In this document: one piece after another, positions 19,241-29,304 of the stretch | Position numbering within the stretch: position 1 is the stretch's first letter | How the letters are laid out: each line of letters opens with the position of its first letter | NCBI GenBank assembly: GCA_002497295.1 | Contig: DANO01000018.1 | Coordinates: forward strand, 11,909 to 75,908 | Source: Euryarchaeota archaeon UBA171 | GTDB taxonomy: Archaea; Thermoplasmatota; Poseidoniia; Poseidoniales; Thalassarchaeaceae | Length of the DNA stretch: 64,000 nt | Reading direction: 5' to 3' | Translations under genes and position numbers: made by a program | The notes under the pieces: generated by a model | The model's input: only the letters and a program-made list of their open reading frames with translations | Told to the model about the DNA's origin: nothing | Database searches by the model: none

Positions 19241-20659
19241 ATTCGCCTTCTAAAAGAATACGAATTCAATCATTGCGGAAATAATCCTCCCTCAGTGCCA
19301 CTTATCTCGGACCCCCACCTCCCATGGACGTTGAGTGACGATTCTGGAACTGAAGATCCCAAAAAAGGAGTCAAACGCGCTTCGAAGAGGCGCAGATCCT
19401 CCTTGAAGGTGGTAAACCATATACCGAAGAGGAGACGAAGAGAGATTGAAGACGCAACTGAAGAAAAATCTTCTAGCCCAGAGGCATGGTCTCGAAAATC
19501 TGGTCAGAAAAATCACAAGATTGAACGTAGAATGACCAAACCGGGCGTTGTCCGTACCATACCATTCGACTTGATAGATACTGAGATCGGTGAATCTTGG
19601 TCGATACCGATAACCGTTGTCCACGGGACTAGGCCGGGACCGACAGTAACCCTTCTTGGGGCTGTACATGGGAATGAATTGGTAGGCCCGCAGGCACTCA
19701 CCTTCCTTCAATCGAGCCAGATACTCGGGGAAGGCAAGGCGATTGACGCTGGTGTGATGGCGGGAACACTGAGAATAGTACCGATAGTCAATCTCCCTGG
19801 TTACAGGAGGAGAACACGATATATTCCTGATGGAAGAGATTTGAATCGATTTTTTCCAGGGAGGGGTGGAGGGAATACCACGCAGAGGATAGCCTTGAGA
19901 TTGTGGGAACACCTCGCCAAGACTAGCGACTTCATAATTGATCTACATTCAGCAGCAAGCGGCAGGACGAATCTCCCCCACATACGGGCGAATCTTGCCC
20001 ATCCGCCCAGTAGCATGCTTGCAAGGGCCTTTGGAACTGAAGTGCTTCTTGATGGCCTCGGGCCAAGAGGTTCCCTGAGAAGAGTTTCTAATGAGCATAA
20101 TCTTGGATGCATAACATTCGAAGGAGGCGGTGCAGATTCACTAGATTCAGATGCTGTACAAGTTGCAACATATGGCATATTGAACATACTTCGATATCTG
20201 CATATGATCCCCGGGTATCCGAGCAGTCCAAGATTCAGACTCTTAGCATCCGGCTCAATATGGATACGATCTGATCACGGAGGACTCCTTGATGTATTGG
20301 CTCCTGTTGGCTCTGTAATAGAAGAAGATGAAGTCGTTGCTACTGTAACTGACCCAGAGCATGCTAGGGAATCTGTAGAGATCCGTTCCCCGGGAAGAGG
20401 TCTGTTGATCGGAATGGCCACTCACCCATTCGTTACATCCGGAACTCCCATTGGGCATCTTCTCCCGCTGAAGAGAGGGTTATCGACCATAAAAAGTAGA
20501 CTAGACGAAGACGATGTGCTAATTCTTAGTGGAGTACTCGAAGACCCGATTTGGCGAGAAGAAGATACGGAAGACATAGATCTCGAGTCATTGGATGAAC
20601 CTTCTCCAGATGGCTGGGCCAGCGTTGATGATCCGATGCTCGAAGAGGAAGACGATTGA
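19211..20659 (+). CDS. Succinylglutamate desuccinylase/aspartoacylase family (M14-like) protein
   Basis: HGNE, DLNRFFPG, IDLHS, FEGG and a biotinyl-like C-terminal part. True start is probably downstream (about 19295-19330), because 19211 overlaps the divergent gene. Confidence 0.85.
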   Translation: MNRHIAHITHIRLLKEYEFNHCGNNPPSVPLISDPHLPWTLSDDSGTEDPKKGVKRASKRRRSSLKVVNHIPKRRRREIEDATEEKSSSPEAWSRKSGQKNHKIERRMTKPGVVRTIPFDLIDTEIGESWSIPITVVHGTRPGPTVTLLGAVHGNELVGPQALTFLQSSQILGEGKAIDAGVMAGTLRIVPIVNLPGYRRRTRYIPDGRDLNRFFPGRGGGNTTQRIALRLWEHLAKTSDFIIDLHSAASGRTNLPHIRANLAHPPSSMLARAFGTEVLLDGLGPRGSLRRVSNEHNLGCITFEGGGADSLDSDAVQVATYGILNILRYLHMIPGYPSSPRFRLLASGSIWIRSDHGGLLDVLAPVGSVIEEDEVVATVTDPEHARESVEIRSPGRGLLIGMATHPFVTSGTPIGHLLPLKRGLSTIKSRLDEDDVLILSGVLEDPIWREEDTEDIDLESLDEPSPDGWASVDDPMLEEEDD

Positions 20660-20669
20660 AACGATAATT

Positions 20670-23600
20670 TCAGTTACGATTGAAATCTGGAGCACGAGGT
20701 ATATTCTTCGGAGCCGAAGCCTCGTGAATATGTTCTTCTGAGAATCCATACGCCTCAAGTGCCTCTTTCAGAACAGATCTTCTCCTAGAGACCATTCCAG
20801 TAACTACAACGGATATTGCTAGAATTACTAGGATGCAACCGATAATTGCGAACCCAAGAGGCCCGCTAATCACATCCAACAATTGCTCTGACAGAGTCGG
20901 GGGTTCAGACCAAGTCCGAATATCAAGACTCCATACAAGAATCGTCTGAATTCCAGAGTCAACTACGCGGAGCTCAAGCATATGTAATTCGGACGATTCG
21001 CAAAGTATACTCAGGATGTCATCTTCAGTACATCCAAGGGGATCGATTTCGATCGAACCAAAACCTCCTGTTTCATATTGATTGAGTGGAATTCCGTTCA
21101 AAGACCAATACATCGTTGCATTGACTCCTTCTGGGATACTCGGAGCCATTATGGCCATGGACTCATTAGACGCCTCCCACACAATCGTAGCACCAATAGT
21201 GTGCCCGAGTTCTGAAAATCGATCGATACCCTCATCCACCAATGCATTACAGTTCTGATCAAAACCGTCCCAAAGCTCATCCGCATCAGGTCTTATCTTG
21301 GGGTCAAGATCATCACAATCATCGAACCAGTAGTATCCATCCCCGTCTTCATCAGAGTCGAATGATTTTGGGTCAGTTTCGAATAGCAACACCTCGTCTC
21401 CATCACTCATTAAATCACCATCCGTATCGTAATCCAATGGCTGAGTATCGTAGACATGTACCTCATCATAGTCTGAAAGGCCATCCCCATCGCTATCCAA
21501 GTCAATGAAGTCCTCGTCGGAGAAACCATCGCAATCATTGTCTTTTTTATCTAAGATCTCTACTCCAACAGGAGACGATTCCGAATCTTGATCATCACAG
21601 TCCTCGAACCAATAGAAACCATCAGCATCCTCGTCATTATCGAAAACAAGGGGGTCGGTGGAACTTATGCCGATTTCATATCCATCCGAAAGGCCATCCC
21701 CGTCCGAGTCGGGATGGAATGGATTGGTGAATCGTACATTGAATTCTTCGTAGTCGGAAAGGCCATCTGAATCGGAGTCTGCATCGAGATAGTTCTCATC
21801 GACTTCATTATCGCAGTCATTATCGATTCCATCCAAGTATTCCAAAGCATCTGGTGACACTAGGGGATTTGAATCATCACAGTCCTCGAACCAATATCTG
21901 CCATCAGAGTCTGAATCCTCATCAGCAAGTAGGGGATCTGTGAAGTAAATTAGAATCTCATCTCCATCCGAGAGCCCGTCATCGTCTGAATCATGGTCGA
22001 GATAATCCGTACTATGGATGTGAAATTCGGGCCAATCCTTCAATCCGTCACCATCCCTATCGGTGAAATTGTATCCCTCATCGATTACCTGATCACAATC
22101 GTCATCGACACCATTCAGAATATCTGGCCTACCGGGATTTACTCCGGGATCTGAATCGTCACAATCATCGAAATGATAGTACAAATCACCATCAGCATCC
22201 GGATCAAATATCAATGGGTCACTTCCATAGATTACGATTTCTTGTCCATCTAGTAGCCCATCCCCGTCAGTATCAGAGTCCAGTGGATCCGTGAGGAAAT
22301 TTTCTACTTCATCGCCATCTAGTAATCCGTCAATATCACTATCCGACACCAGTGGATCTGTGCCGCTCTCAACTTCGAAGGCATCATCGAGACCATCGTC
22401 ATCAGTGTCTGATTCATATGGATCCGTACCGTAAACATTGATCTCATCCACTGTCAGAAGACCGTCATCATCATGATCGCTCTCAAGATCAACGCCATGC
22501 ATGGTCAGGCTCCATGAGTTCAAAGTCCCCGTAACTCCTGGCGAGGAGTCTTTCAACCTCAATATCCAGTTACCTGCAGAAGATTCTCCCCAGTGATGGA
22601 CACTTCCGTAGACCCAATCCTGGATATCATCTCCAGTATCTCCATTTGAACTCCTGAGAACCGAGGTGGTTCCAACAGGAGAAACCAATTCAATATCGAG
22701 GTCTCCTCTGTTCGAATGTGATATATCCACCATGATGCTTACCGACTCGATACTTATGTTGTCTGTAACTGTGAATTGAGATTCGACCCATCCGCTCTCT
22801 TCAGAGATCGGTAGAGACGTTGTTGTCGGCCCATATGTAGCGTTCGACTCAGGTACTAAGTTGGACCAATTCGCCGCCATGGAGGTCGCTGCCCCTGCAT
22901 CTATGACTCCAAATCCATACTTATGTGAAACGAGATGACCTGCACCATTAGGTGCCCAAGAGGTATCGGTAACATGATTCTTTTTCGAGGTTAAAACAAT
23001 GATCTCTTGAACATCTCTCCACGATAGATTCTCATTAGCTTCAAGCATAAGTGAGATAACACCAGATACCAAAGGGGTTGCACTCGAGGTCCCTCCAAAG
23101 GAATCTGTCACATCGCCACCGTTATACCCTGAAGATCCAGCTACATCTGTTGTAGTTATGCCTTCGCCATCTCCATCCGAGGGAGCAGCCACAAGGATAT
23201 TCGCTCCAGGTTCAGCGTACCATGACTGTACACCATTATGATCCACTGCTGTTACGGCGATCGTGAATCTATTGTTTGTGAATCCATCCGCATTCGAATC
23301 ATCATCATTCTGTAGTCCATTTCCTGCTGCGAAGGTGTAGATGTTCCCCAATCCTCCTCGTCCATTGTATGCCCCATTCTCGATTGCTGAAAGTGTCAAT
23401 GGACCCGGCCCCGAAATAGTCGCACCATTGTCAGAGGGTCCCCATGAGTTCGAGTAGATGTCGATATCTTGAGGCATGTAGCCAAGTGCAGAAGCATCCA
23501 ATGAATCACCGCCCCAACATGCAATTAGCCTGCTTCCTGCCAGATTTGCCCCGAACCCTGCTCCCGTAACGTCCACTCCATTATTTCCCGTGGCTGCCGC

Positions 23601-24266
23601 CACTCCCCCTGCAGCGGTTCCATGAGCATCGTTTCCAGATGGGGTGGGGTCCGAGTCCGAATCGCAGAAATCATATGACGTCGAGGCTTGATAATTGGGG
23701 CTGAGATCCGGATGTGCATGGTCAAGGCCATCATCGATAATCGAGATGGTCACTCCTGAACCATTGTAGGAGTTCCACACTCCTGTGATGTTCACGTCTT
23801 CCCCTTGCAACCCTCCTGTTTGCCCAGTGTTGGAGAGATGCCATTGTTCGGGAAAATCAGGGTCGTTTGGGATTAACCTGGGCGTCTTCTGATGCTGCTT
23901 ATCGGGTATGAACAACTCGATGAAGTCTAAATCCTCCAGCCTCTCAAGCACTTCCAAAGATTTAGCAGATTTGTAAGGTGTCCACACATATGTTCCATCC
24001 ATCCAATCCACGTCGTCCAAATGTCCGCTTGGTAGGACATCAATGAGGAAATTCTTTTCCTCTCCACTCAGAACTATCCAACTACCATTATGTCCCTCAT
24101 ATGAATCATAATCCGAAAGGGCTCTTTCAAAGGCTGCCGCCACCCTCGGAGAAAACTCTTCTAGAATCCTGTACTCGTCAGAAGAATCGGCAGAAACCAA
24201 TTCCCCTGCCACGCTTCCCATGGGCGATAAAATCAAGATAAAGAACATCGCTATTGAGTATCGCAC
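20670..24266 (-). CDS. Membrane-anchored kexin/furin-like S8 serine protease with P domain and acidic Ca-binding repeats
   Basis: Signal peptide; catalytic IDDG, HGT, AAGNG, GTSSATP; P domain (H..RGDL.IEL.SP.GT, WGESSAGNW.L); DxDxDG and DCDD repeats; C-terminal TM. Confidence 0.92.
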   Translation of the reverse strand: MRYSIAMFFILILSPMGSVAGELVSADSSDEYRILEEFSPRVAAAFERALSDYDSYEGHNGSWIVLSGEEKNFLIDVLPSGHLDDVDWMDGTYVWTPYKSAKSLEVLERLEDLDFIELFIPDKQHQKTPRLIPNDPDFPEQWHLSNTGQTGGLQGEDVNITGVWNSYNGSGVTISIIDDGLDHAHPDLSPNYQASTSYDFCDSDSDPTPSGNDAHGTAAGGVAAATGNNGVDVTGAGFGANLAGSRLIACWGGDSLDASALGYMPQDIDIYSNSWGPSDNGATISGPGPLTLSAIENGAYNGRGGLGNIYTFAAGNGLQNDDDSNADGFTNNRFTIAVTAVDHNGVQSWYAEPGANILVAAPSDGDGEGITTTDVAGSSGYNGGDVTDSFGGTSSATPLVSGVISLMLEANENLSWRDVQEIIVLTSKKNHVTDTSWAPNGAGHLVSHKYGFGVIDAGAATSMAANWSNLVPESNATYGPTTTSLPISEESGWVESQFTVTDNISIESVSIMVDISHSNRGDLDIELVSPVGTTSVLRSSNGDTGDDIQDWVYGSVHHWGESSAGNWILRLKDSSPGVTGTLNSWSLTMHGVDLESDHDDDGLLTVDEINVYGTDPYESDTDDDGLDDAFEVESGTDPLVSDSDIDGLLDGDEVENFLTDPLDSDTDGDGLLDGQEIVIYGSDPLIFDPDADGDLYYHFDDCDDSDPGVNPGRPDILNGVDDDCDQVIDEGYNFTDRDGDGLKDWPEFHIHSTDYLDHDSDDDGLSDGDEILIYFTDPLLADEDSDSDGRYWFEDCDDSNPLVSPDALEYLDGIDNDCDNEVDENYLDADSDSDGLSDYEEFNVRFTNPFHPDSDGDGLSDGYEIGISSTDPLVFDNDEDADGFYWFEDCDDQDSESSPVGVEILDKKDNDCDGFSDEDFIDLDSDGDGLSDYDEVHVYDTQPLDYDTDGDLMSDGDEVLLFETDPKSFDSDEDGDGYYWFDDCDDLDPKIRPDADELWDGFDQNCNALVDEGIDRFSELGHTIGATIVWEASNESMAIMAPSIPEGVNATMYWSLNGIPLNQYETGGFGSIEIDPLGCTEDDILSILCESSELHMLELRVVDSGIQTILVWSLDIRTWSEPPTLSEQLLDVISGPLGFAIIGCILVILAISVVVTGMVSRRRSVLKEALEAYGFSEEHIHEASAPKNIPRAPDFNRN
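21230..22480 (-). repeat. Intragenic tandem ~282-bp (94-aa) repeats encoding DxDxDG and DCDD..DNDCD modules
   Basis: TCCTCGAACCAAT occurs at 21601 and 21883 (282 bp apart); the protein has four 'Y(W/H)F(D/E)DCDD' units. Confidence 0.8.
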
Positions 24267-24294
24267 ATCCTCAGGACTCCGAACATGGTAAAAA

Positions 24295-25554
24295 TCAGAC
24301 CGCTTCTTTGTGCGTCTTGATTGCAGAGAAGATCTCTTCCTCAGTCATGAGTCTTCTTTGTGATTTTGCCACGTTGAATAAGTGGTCAACCAATGATGAA
24401 GATTCTTCGATGCCGTTTTGATTCAGCCAGTGTATGATATTTGATCGACCGCTCATATGCCCAATTCGTATGACTTGATGAAGGCCAAAGTCACCTGCAG
24501 GGACTCCCGAGTAAACTCTGTCCGCAAGCCAATCATCGCCTTTCTTCATGGCTTTTATGACGGCAGAAGCATGTACACCAGTACCAGTCTCAAATGCATC
24601 ATCTCCGAAGATCGGATAATTTCTTGGCAATGGTACTTCGATGTACTCATTAGCCTTCTTCATGTAGTTATTCAGACCGGTTAGATCGTTCGAAATTACG
24701 CCCATCAGACTTAGGTTGACGAGAGTCTGATCAATAGGGGCATTACCCGATCTCTCTCCCACCCCCAATGCAGTGCCGTGTATTACGTCGGCCCCAGATT
24801 CAACTGCTGCGAGATTGTTTGCAACTCCGAGACCGCGGTCTTGATGCCCGTGCCAGTTCACTTCTATATCGCGACGTTTTGCACCTGAGTCTGGTATCAC
24901 TTCTTGTTCTATGAATGACATCAGATTACGCACTCCATTGGGAGTGACGTGACCGCAAGTGTCACAGATGCAAATCCTATCTGCACCAAGCTCAATTGCT
25001 CTTGTGTAAACTGCCTTGATGTCCTCCGGACGACTCCTAGTCGTATCTTCGGTGACGAACATTACGGGAATATCGTTGTCGATTGCAAAATCGACTGCTT
25101 TCTCCGCAGTTTTCATGATTTTATCCATCGTCCAGTTTTCAGCATATTGGCGAATAGGAGACGTACCGAGAAAGGCACTTGCTTGTATCTGACGTTCATG
25201 TTTTGCCTGTAGATCGACAAGAGGTTCAATATCTGACACTAAGGTCCTAACAGCACAACCGGGACGTATCGAATAGTCGTTCTCCCCCATATGCCCAAGC
25301 ATCGAATCTATGTGCTCAACATGATATGGGCCTGCACCCGGCAGACCAAGGTCAACTTTCTGAATTCCCAGTCCTTCCATGCAATCCAGAAGTTCGATTT
25401 TTTGCTCTATCGTAGGATTCCTAGCGCTCGGGCTTTGCAAACCATCTCTTAGGGTCTCATCGTCGAACCATATAGGATGAGGGTGTTTGCCCGAATCCCT
25501 CTGTAATTCAGGCTTTATTTTATTCCAGTCGTAGATCAATTCCCGCTCGTCCAT
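24295..25554 (-). CDS. LeuA-family (2-isopropylmalate/homocitrate synthase-like) enzyme, short form
   Basis: DETLRDGLQ, CDTCG, HGHQDRG, GERSGN; 419 aa with no regulatory domain. Confidence 0.8.
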   Translation of the reverse strand: MDERELIYDWNKIKPELQRDSGKHPHPIWFDDETLRDGLQSPSARNPTIEQKIELLDCMEGLGIQKVDLGLPGAGPYHVEHIDSMLGHMGENDYSIRPGCAVRTLVSDIEPLVDLQAKHERQIQASAFLGTSPIRQYAENWTMDKIMKTAEKAVDFAIDNDIPVMFVTEDTTRSRPEDIKAVYTRAIELGADRICICDTCGHVTPNGVRNLMSFIEQEVIPDSGAKRRDIEVNWHGHQDRGLGVANNLAAVESGADVIHGTALGVGERSGNAPIDQTLVNLSLMGVISNDLTGLNNYMKKANEYIEVPLPRNYPIFGDDAFETGTGVHASAVIKAMKKGDDWLADRVYSGVPAGDFGLHQVIRIGHMSGRSNIIHWLNQNGIEESSSLVDHLFNVAKSQRRLMTEEEIFSAIKTHKEAV

Positions 25555-25608
25555 CTTCTACGCCGTCCTTCCTACCGTACTGGATGTGTTTCAAGCATTC
25601 GGAGGAAA

Positions 25609-26697
25609 TCACACAAATGGTTTCCCCGTTTCTGAGAATTTCTTCTCACTCCTTACTATGACCAAAGCAGCTAATATCGAACCAATAATCGAGCCAAAAT
25701 CTCCTGACGACGCAAATAGCGCCATGAGGAACATGAGTCCAAGATACAGCTGGGACACCCAGAATGAACGAGCTGCCTTCGGCATCCTGCCCGTGTTATC
25801 CATCTCTTCATCATGATCTAACACAAAAAGAGTCTTGACATACCATATTGCTACGAATAACGAACCAATTAGAAAAGATATGGATGCAATCGAGTCATTC
25901 CCGGAGAATATCAGATACGGCCCAACGAATGAAGTTAGAAGTAGAAGACAGCCATATACGCGCATTTCAAGGATTGTTCTCTTGAATCCCTTGACACCAG
26001 GCATCATAGGAACCCCAACATCATGATACTCCTTTGATTTGTACAGCGCTAAGGCCCAGAAATGAGGAGGCGTCCATAGGAATATCAGAGCTACCATGTA
26101 GTATGGGACAAAACTTCCAGTATCCAAAGATGAACTAACCAATGGCACCACTCCAGACCAATCTAGGGAAGATGGGCCCGCGGCCACCCACCATCCAATA
26201 AGAGGGGGTGTTGATCCTGCGAGACCTCCAATAACTATGTTCTGAACAGTACTCCTCTTGAGCCATATTGTGTATACGAAGACATAGAAAAGAATACTAA
26301 AAGCTGCCCAGAACGCTGCAATTTCACCGGCCATTATCGTAAACCAAACAACACCTAGCAGGGAAATTGATACCCCAAAAAGCAGTGCTCCATTTGCACT
26401 GATGGCCCCTGAGGGAATAGGACGTTTACTCGTGCGCCTCATTTTTGGATCTATATCGCGATCATACCACATGTTGATTGCGTTCGCCCCCCCTGCTGTT
26501 AGATATCCTCCCAGGACGGTTATGCCCACTGATTGCATGGTATGGCCAATGCTGGGTCTGGCATCCAAGGTCAAATCATGTATCAGAACGGCACATACTG
26601 CAGTGACTTGGAGGAGTATTACTACTCCTGGCTTTGTCAACCGAAGCCATGCCATCATGATCCGCGACTCCCCCCTGAGCCTATGAAGAAGTACCAT
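25609..26697 (-). CDS. ctaB: Protoheme IX farnesyltransferase (heme O synthase)
   Basis: LTKP, NMWYDRDIDPKMRRT.KRP, YT.WLKR, QNIVIGG, WTPPHFWAL. Start may be ATG about 26658. Confidence 0.93.
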   Translation of the reverse strand: MVLLHRLRGESRIMMAWLRLTKPGVVILLQVTAVCAVLIHDLTLDARPSIGHTMQSVGITVLGGYLTAGGANAINMWYDRDIDPKMRRTSKRPIPSGAISANGALLFGVSISLLGVVWFTIMAGEIAAFWAAFSILFYVFVYTIWLKRSTVQNIVIGGLAGSTPPLIGWWVAAGPSSLDWSGVVPLVSSSLDTGSFVPYYMVALIFLWTPPHFWALALYKSKEYHDVGVPMMPGVKGFKRTILEMRVYGCLLLLTSFVGPYLIFSGNDSIASISFLIGSLFVAIWYVKTLFVLDHDEEMDNTGRMPKAARSFWVSQLYLGLMFLMALFASSGDFGSIIGSILAALVIVRSEKKFSETGKPFV

Positions 26698-27748
26698 CGT
26701 AAACGGACGTCATATCTTCACGACTCGCAATCCAGATAGTCGCAAGAATAAGGAATGCAATAGACCCAATCAGCAGGTGTAAAAGTGATAGGAATTCCCA
26801 GAATGAATTGGTGAATGGATCATATGATATCACATATAGGCCACCTAATAATCCATTGAATAGGAAAACGCCCGTGGCAAGAGATACCCACTGTGCTAGC
26901 CTCCTTGATCTAGGCTCAAATGAAACATGTTTCCACGTTGTAAATGAGGCTATGAGAAGCGCAACTCCCTCTAAGGCCACGATTACACGATGAATTATCT
27001 GTGAATCAGCAGCAATGTCATCTACTGGAATTAGCAACTCGCCATGACACAGCGGCCAACTTTCGGAAATCCCTGCTACGCCGCACCCATAATTCGCACC
27101 TTCTGTCGTGGAGACATAAACTCCGATGAACACGGCTGAAAGAGCGCCCATGGATGATAATGCAACCATCCTTCTCTGTTTCGAACTCGCATATATCTGC
27201 ATCATTTCTGGTGTTTTATCAGTCTCTCTCCAACGTGACAAAAGTAACCATAAGATGCATAGAGTAAACGCCAGTGCGCTTACGAGATGGAGAGCAACCG
27301 ACCAATGTTCGTTATCCATTCTCACTGTGAGATATCCCAAGAAGCCCTGCCAAACTATCAGAATAAGGCCCAATAAACCCGCATTCCTAACTTGTCTGTC
27401 CGTACTTTGAACGCGAGTACACACCCAAAGTAAAAACATCATCGGACCCAGTAAAGCACCGGCCAATAGGCGATGGAACCACTCAGTAAAAATCTCGAAA
27501 GTAGTGTACCTGTGGGCAGCTCCGCGTGAATCCTCCTCTGCCGGATTCTCATCCCACCAAGCCTCCTGTTCATCTTCAGAGACATCAAATCCCCATGTCC
27601 CAAAGCAAGTCGGCCAGTCCGGACAAGATTCACCCGCATCATAGATGCGAATCATCCCGCCCATTGCTATGACCGATGCAGTGACGGCTAGAACGACTAT
27701 CGAGAGAGTCGTTATTGGAACACTCCCGGCGAGATTCCTTGCACCCAT
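26681..27748 (-). CDS. ctaA: Heme A synthase (COX15/CtaA)
   Basis: GESCPDWPTC, EWFHR, QGFLG, second C...WPLC, HR and H motifs. GGTGAGG Shine-Dalgarno before ATG 27748. Confidence 0.88.
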   Translation of the reverse strand: MGARNLAGSVPITTLSIVVLAVTASVIAMGGMIRIYDAGESCPDWPTCFGTWGFDVSEDEQEAWWDENPAEEDSRGAAHRYTTFEIFTEWFHRLLAGALLGPMMFLLWVCTRVQSTDRQVRNAGLLGLILIVWQGFLGYLTVRMDNEHWSVALHLVSALAFTLCILWLLLSRWRETDKTPEMMQIYASSKQRRMVALSSMGALSAVFIGVYVSTTEGANYGCGVAGISESWPLCHGELLIPVDDIAADSQIIHRVIVALEGVALLIASFTTWKHVSFEPRSRRLAQWVSLATGVFLFNGLLGGLYVISYDPFTNSFWEFLSLLHLLIGSIAFLILATIWIASREDMTSVYDGTSS

Positions 27749-27774
27749 GCCCTCACCGAGGAGGCGGACCTGCT

Positions 27775-28053
27775 TCAATCACTCGTTTCAGCAGCTTCGA
27801 CATCGATTGGTATTCGATCAGTTTCATATTCGAGAGTTGCAATCTTGAGAGGATCAAGAACGAAGCGAACTTTTGCTTCCTCTGTTCCATACAGCTGTAT
27901 AAGTTCATGCATGAATGCCTCGCGGAGCTCTTCTTCAGAGACATAAAGAGGAGCACCCATGCTGATTTGGAGGGCCCGAGCGCCGAGAATACGAGCTTTC
28001 TCAAACCTAGTATGTGTTCGAGGCATGGTTCCAGCCGATTGTATGACGCTCAT
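27775..28053 (-). CDS. rpoK: DNA-directed RNA polymerase subunit Rpo6 (K)
   Basis: [21 protein letters not shown]...DPLKIA..E....IPI. Confidence 0.93.
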   Translation of the reverse strand: MSVIQSAGTMPRTHTRFEKARILGARALQISMGAPLYVSEEELREAFMHELIQLYGTEEAKVRFVLDPLKIATLEYETDRIPIDVEAAETSD

Positions 28054-28074
28054 AAGGCCACCGACGTGTAATCG

Positions 28075-29235
28075 TCAATCTCGTGACACCAACATCCCTA
28101 CTGCATTTCCGCCACCGAGGCACAGTGTGACGATTCCAAGAGACCCTCCAGTTCTTTCTAGAGCATTCAGCAGACTCATCAGGCATCTAGCCCCAGAAGC
28201 CCCCAGCGGATGCCCCATCGCAACAGCACCCCCATGCACATTGAAACAATCATGATCAATCCCGAAATGTCCACGTATGCCACAAGACGCTGTAGCGAAT
28301 GCCTCATTGTGCTCGTAAAGATCGATATCTCGAGCCCCCAGACCGTTTCTTTCCAACAGAGATTGTATGCACGGTATTGGTGCAGACATCACCCTTGAAG
28401 GTTCGACCCCCGACGTTTCAAAGTCAATAATTCTAGATATAATTGGCCAACCTTCTCGTTTTGCAGTCTCTTCAGAACAAATCAACAGTGCTGCCGCACC
28501 ATCACTCACCTGACTTGAGTTCCCAGCAGTGACTACTCCTCCATCCAGGAAGACCGGCCTAAGGCCGGAGAGAATCTCAATTGTCGAATTATCTCTGATG
28601 CCCTCGTCCCTACTGAGGTTTGGCATTGTTATCGCTTCCTTCTCCATCCATCCATTGCGCCATGCGGTCGATGCCCTGCTGTGAGATTGAAGCGCATATC
28701 CGTCGGCATCAGATCTCGATACTCCTTCTTCAATAGCGATATTTTCTCCAGTAATGCCCATTGACTCGCCGCTAAACGCGTCCCTCAAACCATCATGCTG
28801 CATTACTGATACAAGGCTTGAGTATTCTACAGACTCCCCTTTAGATGCATCCCGAGCTATCATCGGAGCATTCGTCATTGACTCCATGCCGCCTGCAATT
28901 AAGACATCAGACCGCCCTGCTTCAATTTCCGATGCAGCTATCATGACTGCCTTCAATGAGGAACCGCATACCTTGTTCAGAGTAGTGGCAGGGGTCTTCA
29001 GGGGGAGCCCCGCACCCAGTGCGGCTTGTCTAGCAGGAGCTTGCCCGGCACCCCCCTGTAGGACCATCCCCATGTATACGCCATCGACAACTCCAGATTC
29101 AGGAGGTATTTTCATGGATTCTAGCAATCCAGATATTGCCATAGTTCCTAGCTGCACGGCGGAATATTCCGAGAGACTACCCCTATACTTGCCAAAGGGG
29201 GTGCGAGCATAACCCGTAATCACTGCCACTGTCAC
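28075..29235 (-). CDS. Acetyl-CoA C-acyltransferase (thiolase)
   Basis: RTPFG, NKVCGS, GGMESM, NEAFA, GHPLGASG, LCLGGG. Confidence 0.95.
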   Translation of the reverse strand: MTVAVITGYARTPFGKYRGSLSEYSAVQLGTMAISGLLESMKIPPESGVVDGVYMGMVLQGGAGQAPARQAALGAGLPLKTPATTLNKVCGSSLKAVMIAASEIEAGRSDVLIAGGMESMTNAPMIARDASKGESVEYSSLVSVMQHDGLRDAFSGESMGITGENIAIEEGVSRSDADGYALQSHSRASTAWRNGWMEKEAITMPNLSRDEGIRDNSTIEILSGLRPVFLDGGVVTAGNSSQVSDGAAALLICSEETAKREGWPIISRIIDFETSGVEPSRVMSAPIPCIQSLLERNGLGARDIDLYEHNEAFATASCGIRGHFGIDHDCFNVHGGAVAMGHPLGASGARCLMSLLNALERTGGSLGIVTLCLGGGNAVGMLVSRD

Positions 29236-29304
29236 GAGCCACCCTAGTACCGAGCCGATTTCAATAGTACGGTCACAAAGGTGAGCGGCAATAATCAGGT
29301 TCCT

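Noticed and set aside
21230..22480. Periodic DNA repeats as a possible CRISPR array
   Set aside because: Degenerate, in frame, 282-bp period inside the S8 protease; no identical short repeats with unique spacers and no cas genes.
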